Sequence record: OK283619.1
DNA length: 64,000 nucleotides
Source: Escherichia phage LPEK22
Strand: one strand, 5' to 3'
Shown here: positions 29,588-37,483 of the stretch, one piece after another
Numbering within the stretch: the stretch's first letter is position 1
How the letters are laid out: each line of letters begins with the position of its first letter
Translations under genes and position numbers: made by a program
The notes under the pieces: model-generated
Told to the model about the DNA's origin: nothing
The model's input: the letters and a program-made list of their open reading frames with translations, nothing else
The model's database searches: none

Positions 29588-30425
29588 TAATGGACACAAC
29601 GGGGTTAAGTATGAAACTCCGTTGTTCTACCAGAATGATTTCCCTCTGTTCATAGAATTTATGGACACGTTCTTCAATTGGTTGTATAGACAGCAGGGGT
29701 TCACTCAAGAAGAGATCTTGGCATATCTGGCAGATACGTCTAGTTGGATGAATCCTGAGAGTGAAGATTCTCCGGTTAAACAGCTGATTGATTTAAAGGC
29801 TGACAAGACTCCAGGCTCAGAGGCCAAGGATTATTTGTCTGATAAATTCTTGGTTCGTACCTTTGAGAACATGATGGCTCTGGATGCCGAAGAACTTTTA
29901 GATGCCGACGGAAGGCCGCTACTGTCAATAGAAGATAAGAACAAACAGATAGATGACTGGTATAATGATTTTGGTTTCCAACGAACCGTTGATAAATCAT
30001 TTCAGGAATTTGGTCATTTTATCCCAGTTGGTTCGGATTCTTTGTTGACAACCACGGGCGATACGTTCTCTGTTTATATCGAAGGAACTAAACGAAGAAC
30101 TCTGGATCATCCGCGTTGGCTGAAATTGTTGAAACACATCTATAAAATACGTGGAACAAAGAAAGCGATTGAATTGTTCTTTTGGATATATTTCGGTTGT
30201 CCAGTCAGCGTCTATTTTACGAAAGAAGACATAGGCGGTCTGGACGGAAATTTTGAATGTGACGGCACGACAGGGATGCGTGATGATTACTATTATGATG
30301 AATACACTTATGTTATAGGAGTCCCAGGCGACGTATCTGATTTTGAAGGTGTGTTTGAGCGCGTCTTCCGTCAGCATTTTCATCCTGCTGGATTTACTGT
30401 ATTCCTAGAAAGCACAAGGAGCTAA
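29571..30425 (+). CDS. baseplate/tail-fibre-associated protein, putative
   Basis: About 284 aa from internal ATG (MSKDLNNGHNG...), overlapping the upstream gene end. Confidence 0.4.
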   Translation: MSKDLNNGHNGVKYETPLFYQNDFPLFIEFMDTFFNWLYRQQGFTQEEILAYLADTSSWMNPESEDSPVKQLIDLKADKTPGSEAKDYLSDKFLVRTFENMMALDAEELLDADGRPLLSIEDKNKQIDDWYNDFGFQRTVDKSFQEFGHFIPVGSDSLLTTTGDTFSVYIEGTKRRTLDHPRWLKLLKHIYKIRGTKKAIELFFWIYFGCPVSVYFTKEDIGGLDGNFECDGTTGMRDDYYYDEYTYVIGVPGDVSDFEGVFERVFRQHFHPAGFTVFLESTRS

Positions 30426-30427
30426 AA

Positions 30428-31618
30428 ATGGCCGATTTCCTGAGTCAATATACAGGTCAGCAGATAGATCAGATATTGGGTTCTGTTGACGACAAAGTAA
30501 GTAAAAACGACGTCATTGATGATTTTGAAGTCAGCGACCCATTGTTTCCACCGTCTGCTCGCCTGACATACGAGTTGAAAAGATCTGTTGACACAATCAA
30601 TGATACTTTGGCCAACAAAGTTATTCGGACAGATAGTGGTGAACAAACAATCAATGGCAAAAAGACTTTCAATGCTTTGTTGGTGACCAATGGGGGTATA
30701 CAAGTCCCTGCTGGAAAATCCGTTTCAATCACAGATGAACCAACGAACTCGACAGATGGTGTTAACCTGAGTATGTTGAGAAAGCATGGCGTCAGTGAAG
30801 ACACTACCCCGCCTGGTTCTGGTTTGGCTGGGGAGTTGTTGACATCCGGATATTACAAATTCAATTTGGATTTCACCAGATTGTCTGCGTATACCGGACC
30901 AACGTTGCCGACTTCAGTTCCAGTACAAACAGATTCTGGAGCGCGTTATTGGGCAATGACTGCATTTTTTGATGCGTTGTTTGCAGATAACCGATTTAAT
31001 GGATATGTGACAACGACAGCGTATGATGCAGATATGCTGAGTTTAGAGTCTCAAATTAATAACATCAACACGTCGTTGAACGGGAAAGTCAACACCTCGA
31101 CTTACAACACTAAGATGGCGTCGTTGGATTTGAGTATCTCCAATATCAACACGTCTCTGGGTAATAAAGTCGAGGTCAGCACATATAATACGAAGATGAC
31201 TTCCTTGGACGGCAGTATCAGTTCTCTCACGACTGGTAAGGTCGATGTATCAACGTATAATGCCAAAATGACCACAATTGATAACAGTTTAGGGAACGCA
31301 GTTTATCGCACAAAAACAAACTTGTCGTCATACACGGTTTCGGCTTCTGGAACGACGGCTCTTCCAGATTTTGATTTGGTGAACCTTTGTCAAATACTGG
31401 TAACTGCGCAATGGGGGACGGGTAACGTTGTTGACACATATCGAGTAACCATAACTCGTGACGGAACGATCAAATCAGAGTTGTTGGTTCAGAAAAGTAC
31501 GAGTGGTACAGTGACGTTCACAGGGGCTGTGGTGGGTGGTAAATTGAGAATTTCCGTTGTTAATGCGAATACAACAACCGCTTGTTCTGTCGATTATTCT
31601 ATTGCAGCTTCTTTCTAA
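30428..31618 (+). CDS. tail-fibre-like protein with internal tandem repeats
   Basis: 396 aa; four imperfect repeats of about 26 aa (STYNTKM[AT]SLD.SIS.INTSLGNKV); Ser/Thr/Asn-rich. Confidence 0.55.
   Translation: MADFLSQYTGQQIDQILGSVDDKVSKNDVIDDFEVSDPLFPPSARLTYELKRSVDTINDTLANKVIRTDSGEQTINGKKTFNALLVTNGGIQVPAGKSVSITDEPTNSTDGVNLSMLRKHGVSEDTTPPGSGLAGELLTSGYYKFNLDFTRLSAYTGPTLPTSVPVQTDSGARYWAMTAFFDALFADNRFNGYVTTTAYDADMLSLESQINNINTSLNGKVNTSTYNTKMASLDLSISNINTSLGNKVEVSTYNTKMTSLDGSISSLTTGKVDVSTYNAKMTTIDNSLGNAVYRTKTNLSSYTVSASGTTALPDFDLVNLCQILVTAQWGTGNVVDTYRVTITRDGTIKSELLVQKSTSGTVTFTGAVVGGKLRISVVNANTTTACSVDYSIAASF
31010..31300 (+). repeat. imperfect tandem repeats (about 78 nt unit) inside the fibre-like gene
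   Basis: Repeated DNA coding the YNTKM-SLD-SIS-INTSL-NKV peptide unit; coordinates approximate. Confidence 0.5.
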
Positions 31619-31620
31619 AA

Positions 31621-31631
31621 CTAAATACCCC
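31621..31631 (+). promoter_or_regulatory. late promoter motif CTAAATACCCC with downstream 5'UTR hairpin
   Basis: CTAAATACCCC then inverted repeat TACCCCTA...TAGGGGTA immediately before ATG 31665. Confidence 0.5.
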
Positions 31632-31664
31632 TAGATGACATGAATACATTTAGGGGTATTACAA

Positions 31665-34600
31665 ATGGCCAACAAACCAACACAGCCTCTTTTCCCTTTG
31701 GGTTTAGAAACTTCTGAGTCTTCGAACATAAAAGGCTTCAACAACTCCGGCACTATTGAGCATTCCCCTGGTGCCGTAATGACATTTCCTGAAGATACTG
31801 AAGTTACAGGTCTTCCATCTTCTGTACGTTACAATCCTGATAGTGATGAATTTGAAGGTTATTACGAAAACGGTGGTTGGTTGTCTTTGGGGGGCGGTGG
31901 AATACGCTGGGAAACGCTCCCTTACGCTCCCTCTAGCAATTTGTTAGAAGGTCGTGGTTATCTCATTAATAATACCACAGGGACATCTACAGTGGTTCTC
32001 CCTTCCCCTACGCGTATTGGGGATTCCGTTACTATTTGTGATGCTTATGGGAAATTTGCCACTTACCCATTGACCGTGTCTCCTTCTGGAAATAATTTGT
32101 ATGGCTCCACTGAAGACATGGCTATAACAACTGATAACGTATCAGCAACGTTCACTTGGTCTGGACCTGAACAAGGTTGGGTTATCACATCCGGCGTCGG
32201 TCTTGGCCAAGGCCGTGTCTACAGTCGTGAAATCTTTACACAAATTTTGGCGTCTGAAACAAGTGCTGTCACTCTCAATACTCCACCAACAATCGTGGAC
32301 GTGTATGCTGACGGAAAACGTCTTGCGGAATCCAAATATTCACTAGATGGGAATGTAATCACTTTCAGTCCTTCTTTGCCAGCCAACACAGAACTTCAGG
32401 TGATTGAATATACTCCGATTCAATTGGGTAATGGCGGTGGTTCTGGTTCTTCTACGATTACCTGGGTCTATAATGGGGGTTCAGCGATTGGCGGTGAAAC
32501 CGAAATCACGTTAGACATCGTTGTTGATGATGTTCCGGCCATTGATATAAACGGAAGTCGCCAGTATAAAAATCTGGGGTTCACATTCGATCCATTAACC
32601 AGTAAAATCACTCTTGCGCAAGAACTGGATGCAGAGGATGAAGTTGTTGTAATTATCAATGGAACGCCAAACATCTATAATCAAATTGATTATACTTTGC
32701 GGGAAGTGGCTCGTGTAACCAATGTTAAAGATACAGAGGTCGTTTATTTTAGTGTTGGTGCTGTGTTAAGCGGGTATAAAGTTATCTACGATAAAATAAC
32801 ACAGAGATCATATTTTATTCCAGAGTTACCGACTGGAACCACGGCAGTCAGCCTTAGTTCTTCGGCTGTGCTTGTACATTCTGCTGGTAGTGTTGATCTG
32901 GGCGCATTAGCTGTATCTCGTGAAGAATATGTTACCTTGGCTGGGACATTTGATTCTGGTGCTGTCATCAATACTAAAAATGAATTACTCACCCATACTG
33001 ATGGAAAGTATCGTTGGGATGGTACACTTCCTAAAACTGTAGCTGCTGGCTCAACACCTGCAACAACTGGAGGCGTTGGTTCGGGAGCGTGGTTGAGTGT
33101 TGGTGATGCCACTGCCCGCCAGTGGGTAGCTAATAATTATATCAATAGTAAATTCGAGAAGTTTGGGTCTTTCTTGCAAGGTTCAGTTTTAACCACCAAC
33201 GAGCAAGCTCTTGTTGATTCAAGTGGTCTTTTCTGGGTTAAATATGGTGCTATACAAAGTGGTGGTTATACAGTAGCGCCGGGAACTGTTCCAGACTATC
33301 CCGATTTTTACTGTGTTGGATATTTAACAGATTATGATTGGCAGTCTGTTACAAACTGGGGTGCTGATAACAACTATTCTATCGCAGATAAGATCGGTGT
33401 AGACGCGGTCGATGCTATAAACCTCGCAGGTTATCATGCGGAGAAACGTGCGGAACTATTCGGATCCCAGCAAGTTGTCATGGTTCCTGCTGGCACTTAT
33501 CTGTTGGATAAAACGACTCTTGTGGAAGGCACGGCGCATGGTCTGACTATTTATCGTAATCAGGAAGTTATGATTTTTCTTCGCAACAACGTTACTTTCA
33601 TCGGCGATGGCGACGCAACGTTACTGTATGTTGCCGATGGTGTTGTTGAGCGCAATAAGGAAAACGGGGGCACTAAAGGCTTTGTAGTTTTCGGTGATGG
33701 TATTCGTGAAATTCAGAACGCATATGTCCACGATATGCTAATTGATGAAAATGGTGACAATAACCTTGTCCCGCCATTGAACTGGTCTGGAGCACAAGCT
33801 CATTGTCCAGCAGTAGCTTGTTACGAAGGTAGTAATGGTGTGACTGTTTCTGGAGTTAACGTCAAGAATGCTCCTGGTGCAAACGTAATGGTATTCCAGG
33901 AAGCTCAGGCAGCGTTCAACAGCTACAATACGCGTGTAGAGAATTGCAACTTCTATCGCGTTGCTGACGCTGTGACTGGAAACAGTAACCTAATAGACCA
34001 CTCATCAATAAGAATTCATTCCGATGGCTACGTTATAAATAACGTTAAATGTATCCAGCCAACCATGTCAGACATGTGTACGGTATTTGAGTGTCATGGT
34101 AATGGGATCGTTGATGGATGCATCACCAAAAAAGCTCGCTACCCATTCCTGAAGGCTAACGACGGTGCTACATCGACATCTATAGTCACCTTCACAAATA
34201 ACGTCTGTGAGGACGCAGGTAGTGCTTTGGTTCTGGATACCGTACCTAACGTTACAACTGTTGCCAGATTTATTGGTAATACTGTAACGCTACGATCAGA
34301 AAAGCAAGTTATCGGGTATCCTAATACTGCGGCATTCACAACACAGCAGCCGTCTGTTTTGTCATCTGACCCAACCACTATTAATGCAATTATTTACTCT
34401 GCAAATAATAACATATTGCAAAAAAACAGAGCCGCAGATTGGACAACTGAACAAAAAGCTGCAAACGTTGCTTATGACCTGGACTATTTCAAAGAAGTTG
34501 TTAGTGAAAATAACACTTTCTCAGGTTTTTGGGGGTGTGTTCGCTTGGGTAAACAAAAAACAGGTGCTACTTTCAACAGCAATGACTCTTTTGTCTCTTG

Positions 34601-35168
34601 CGGGACCAACGGTTCACCTCAATTATCAGACAACACAGCCATAAGGTTTACCAATAAATTTGCCAACGATTATCTTGTTCACCTTGATGAAATGCATATT
34701 AAATGGAATATGACAAAATGTCAGTTTGGTGGTGTCCTGGGTTTATTGCAACAAGCAGCAGGAGTGACTGTTGGTGTTGTGCAATTCACTGCTGATATTA
34801 AAACAGATAGATGGATGCATCCAGCGCTTGGGATAGCTCCACTATCCGTACAGGATTACTACTTCAACATTGATGTATACAGTGATGTGAATACCAGTGA
34901 ACCTTTATACGGATACGCTGGTATTCATGGGCAAATTAATGTTGACTCGCCAACTCAACCATATGTTAAACAATTTTACAAATACAAACCAAACACCCAG
35001 AATGGATGGTGGTTTAAAGGCATTTTAGCAACTGACACAACTTCTGTTCCTGACAGGCCTTTTGGTAATGCGTCTGGTGACAGATATGATGTTATTGCTG
35101 GGGCATCAAATATTTTCGGGTATCGACATAATGGTACAACATGGGATGCAATGAAATTTACATCATAG
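31665..35168 (+). CDS. tailspike protein, long form (N-terminal anchor region + shared module + C-terminal catalytic/receptor-binding domain)
   Basis: 1167 aa; shares the module VKDTEVVYFSVGAVLSGYKVIYDKITQRSY...KYRWDGTLPK...GAWLSVGDA with the three downstream genes; Gly/Asn-rich C-terminal region. Confidence 0.75.
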   Translation: MANKPTQPLFPLGLETSESSNIKGFNNSGTIEHSPGAVMTFPEDTEVTGLPSSVRYNPDSDEFEGYYENGGWLSLGGGGIRWETLPYAPSSNLLEGRGYLINNTTGTSTVVLPSPTRIGDSVTICDAYGKFATYPLTVSPSGNNLYGSTEDMAITTDNVSATFTWSGPEQGWVITSGVGLGQGRVYSREIFTQILASETSAVTLNTPPTIVDVYADGKRLAESKYSLDGNVITFSPSLPANTELQVIEYTPIQLGNGGGSGSSTITWVYNGGSAIGGETEITLDIVVDDVPAIDINGSRQYKNLGFTFDPLTSKITLAQELDAEDEVVVIINGTPNIYNQIDYTLREVARVTNVKDTEVVYFSVGAVLSGYKVIYDKITQRSYFIPELPTGTTAVSLSSSAVLVHSAGSVDLGALAVSREEYVTLAGTFDSGAVINTKNELLTHTDGKYRWDGTLPKTVAAGSTPATTGGVGSGAWLSVGDATARQWVANNYINSKFEKFGSFLQGSVLTTNEQALVDSSGLFWVKYGAIQSGGYTVAPGTVPDYPDFYCVGYLTDYDWQSVTNWGADNNYSIADKIGVDAVDAINLAGYHAEKRAELFGSQQVVMVPAGTYLLDKTTLVEGTAHGLTIYRNQEVMIFLRNNVTFIGDGDATLLYVADGVVERNKENGGTKGFVVFGDGIREIQNAYVHDMLIDENGDNNLVPPLNWSGAQAHCPAVACYEGSNGVTVSGVNVKNAPGANVMVFQEAQAAFNSYNTRVENCNFYRVADAVTGNSNLIDHSSIRIHSDGYVINNVKCIQPTMSDMCTVFECHGNGIVDGCITKKARYPFLKANDGATSTSIVTFTNNVCEDAGSALVLDTVPNVTTVARFIGNTVTLRSEKQVIGYPNTAAFTTQQPSVLSSDPTTINAIIYSANNNILQKNRAADWTTEQKAANVAYDLDYFKEVVSENNTFSGFWGCVRLGKQKTGATFNSNDSFVSCGTNGSPQLSDNTAIRFTNKFANDYLVHLDEMHIKWNMTKCQFGGVLGLLQQAAGVTVGVVQFTADIKTDRWMHPALGIAPLSVQDYYFNIDVYSDVNTSEPLYGYAGIHGQINVDSPTQPYVKQFYKYKPNTQNGWWFKGILATDTTSVPDRPFGNASGDRYDVIAGASNIFGYRHNGTTWDAMKFTS
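32700..33125 (+). repeat. shared tailspike N-terminal module, copy 1
   Basis: DNA/protein similarity to 35325-35750 and 40360-40790; approximate coordinates. Confidence 0.6.
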
Positions 35169-35174
35169 TAAAAA

Positions 35175-35195
35175 CCCCGCTTCGGCGGGGTTCTT
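35175..35195 (+). terminator. intrinsic terminator CCCCGC-TTCG-GCGGGG
   Basis: Hairpin followed by TTCTT; same stem-loop reused at four other sites. Confidence 0.6.
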
Positions 35196-35231
35196 ATTAT
35201 ATCCATGTTTATAAAATTTTGTTAATTCAGA

Positions 35232-35242
35232 CTAAATACCCC
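35232..35242 (+). promoter_or_regulatory. late promoter motif CTAAATACCCC
   Basis: Motif followed by hairpin CCCCATA-N12-TATGGGG that ends 7 nt before ATG 35272. Confidence 0.5.
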
Positions 35243-35271
35243 ATATTGGTCATCCTTTATGGGGTATTATC

Positions 35272-37368
35272 ATGATTTCTCAATTCAATCAACCACGCGG
35301 CTCCACTTCCATAGAAGTTAACAAACAATCTATCGCTCGAAATTTCGGTGTCAAAGAAGACGAAGTCATTTATTTCACTGTCGGTATTGATCTCAGCGGA
35401 TTTAAAGTAATTTATGATGAGTCTACCCAACGGGCTTATTCTCTTCCTTCAGGTATTGTTTCAGGAACGACTGCGATAAGTCTGAACGAACAAGCCATCC
35501 TTACTCATTCTTCTGGCTCTGTTGATCTCGGGGAATTAGCAGTAAGCCGCGAAGAATATGTGACTTTACCTGGTTCTTTTAATTTCGGCCATACTATTAA
35601 TGTGAAAAATGAACTTCTTGTTCACGATGATGAAAAATATCGATGGGATGGTGCATTACCTAAAGTTGTTCCTGCTGGTTCAACTCCAGCATCAACTGGT
35701 GGCGTTGGTTTAGGTGCTTGGGTTAGTGTTGGTGATGCTGCATTTAGGCAGGAAGCTAATAAGAAATTCAAATATTCAGTAAAGTTATCTGATTATTCTA
35801 CATTACAGGATGCAGCGACAGCAGCCGTAGATGGATTGCTTATTGATGTTGACTACACTTTTACTGCAGATGAGAATGTAGATTTTAGCGGTAAAGTTTT
35901 AATCATTGAATGCAAAGGAAAATTCATTGGCGATGGTATGTTGGTTTGGAATGGTTTGGGTGCGGGCTCAGTAATTAAGAAACCGCACATGCATACTAAA
36001 ACTACGCCGTATACTGTTTACCGATTCGATGCAAACGGTAATTGGGTTACAGACCCAACACAAGTTCTGGCATCTGTTCAGCAGCGTTTGGATGTTGGAT
36101 ATAAGCCAAATATTAACGATTTAGATATTTGGGACGACCTTCCTGATAATGTAAAAAATCAGGTTGCTGGTGCTACTTTGCGAATAATGAGCGGCGATAA
36201 TATCATCGTAGAGAACCCAGAAGCTACATTTGGTGGTTATCTATTTACTTTATGTAATAGGATTCTTGTTAAGAATCCACGCAATTTTATTGCTTTGGAA
36301 TCGGGCATTACATTTGAGAACCATCATACAACTGCATGGGGTACTGGCAACTGGGTTGTTGGGGGTGAGATAAAATATGGCTCTGGTTCCGCTGTACTGT
36401 TCATTCGCAATGATGGTGGTACAGACCATGATGGTGGAGTAAGGGATTTAATCTCATACCGTGTTGGAGAATCAGGTATTAAAACCTATCAGAACGAAAT
36501 TGGAGGTCGTTCAGCCAGGAACTACCGTTTAGTGTTCGACAATATAACTACAATCCAGTGTTACTATGATGGTATTGATGTTAATGCTGACACAGGGTCG
36601 CCAACTGAACGTGTGGATGACTACTCACTCGCAGAGTATCCATGGTTCCACCTACCTACTCAACATATCATCCGTAATATTATTACTCGTGATTGTATGG
36701 GGATTGGTGCTTGGTGGGATGGTCAGAAAAATATTATTGATAATGTTGTTACTTATGAGGCCCATAAGGAAGGCGTCTTCGATAGGGGTACTAACAATGA
36801 TATTACTAACATTACTGTAGTAGGTGCGAATAAGGATTTAACTAACCTAAATCAGCTTACCTGTGAGGGAGGTAGTAGACTTCGTGGTATTAACATCCAT
36901 GCATATACTACACAAGGTTACGCTATATACGCTCCGTCTTCAGAAGTAAGTAATGTTTCCTGTGCTGGTTCCGGTACTAAGAAATTACTATGTACCTATA
37001 TAAGCGATATTCAGGGAGGTAATATCAATGTTCAGCATAGTGCCAACCAAATGACACTTGCAATGCAACCTGCTATGGGTGGTACTACAAACCCATCTTT
37101 GCTTATGACGGCAGATTGCCAGGTTGCTACACCAGGGGGTGAGGCAAGTATTGTCAAGCTTTCGGCAATTCAGGAGGGTGTACGTGTAGGTGAGTTTCAG
37201 CTTAACCGCTTAGGCTTTAAGCATATGAGTATACCTGCTGCCCCTTTACAATTACCAGAGAGCGCTCTGGAACATAATTCATCTATAGGATTCTTCTTCG
37301 GAAGTGACGGAGCATTGAGGTTGCTTGCTAAAAAACCAGATGGAAGTTATGTAACATACACACTTTAA
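35272..37368 (+). CDS. tailspike protein, short form (shared module at extreme N-terminus)
   Basis: 698 aa; begins directly with VKEDEVIYFTVGIDLSGFKVIYDESTQRAYSLP...KYRWDGALPK...GAWVSVGDA; distinct C-terminal domain. Confidence 0.75.
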   Translation: MISQFNQPRGSTSIEVNKQSIARNFGVKEDEVIYFTVGIDLSGFKVIYDESTQRAYSLPSGIVSGTTAISLNEQAILTHSSGSVDLGELAVSREEYVTLPGSFNFGHTINVKNELLVHDDEKYRWDGALPKVVPAGSTPASTGGVGLGAWVSVGDAAFRQEANKKFKYSVKLSDYSTLQDAATAAVDGLLIDVDYTFTADENVDFSGKVLIIECKGKFIGDGMLVWNGLGAGSVIKKPHMHTKTTPYTVYRFDANGNWVTDPTQVLASVQQRLDVGYKPNINDLDIWDDLPDNVKNQVAGATLRIMSGDNIIVENPEATFGGYLFTLCNRILVKNPRNFIALESGITFENHHTTAWGTGNWVVGGEIKYGSGSAVLFIRNDGGTDHDGGVRDLISYRVGESGIKTYQNEIGGRSARNYRLVFDNITTIQCYYDGIDVNADTGSPTERVDDYSLAEYPWFHLPTQHIIRNIITRDCMGIGAWWDGQKNIIDNVVTYEAHKEGVFDRGTNNDITNITVVGANKDLTNLNQLTCEGGSRLRGINIHAYTTQGYAIYAPSSEVSNVSCAGSGTKKLLCTYISDIQGGNINVQHSANQMTLAMQPAMGGTTNPSLLMTADCQVATPGGEASIVKLSAIQEGVRVGEFQLNRLGFKHMSIPAAPLQLPESALEHNSSIGFFFGSDGALRLLAKKPDGSYVTYTL
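35325..35750 (+). repeat. shared tailspike N-terminal module, copy 2
   Basis: See copy 1; approximate coordinates. Confidence 0.6.
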
Positions 37369-37385
37369 TTTATCTTGAGCAAAAA

Positions 37386-37406
37386 CCCCGCTTTGGCGGG
37401 GTTCTT
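37386..37406 (+). terminator. intrinsic terminator CCCCGC-TTTG-GCGGGG
   Basis: Hairpin followed by TTCTT. Confidence 0.6.
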
Positions 37407-37441
37407 ATTATACCTTTGTTCATAAATTTTATTAGTTCAGA

Positions 37442-37452
37442 CTAAATACCCC
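37442..37452 (+). promoter_or_regulatory. late promoter motif CTAAATACCCC
   Basis: Same arrangement as upstream of gene 35272. Confidence 0.5.
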
Positions 37453-37483
37453 ATATTGGCAAATCCTTATGGGGTATTTTCAA

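Larger units (their letters stand above)
35169..35271 (+). repeat. intergenic cassette copy A: terminator + CTAAATACCCC + leader hairpin
   Basis: About 90% identical by eye to 37369-37483. Confidence 0.7.
37369..37483 (+). repeat. intergenic cassette copy B: terminator + CTAAATACCCC + leader hairpin
   Basis: Near-identical to 35169-35271. Confidence 0.7.

Noticed and set aside
37469-37483. Track start codon for the third tailspike (MGYFQMTRNV)
   Set aside because: This ATG lies inside the conserved leader hairpin; the second in-frame ATG at 37484 has the same spacing to the hairpin as the start of the neighbouring tailspike, so it is the preferred start (not certain).
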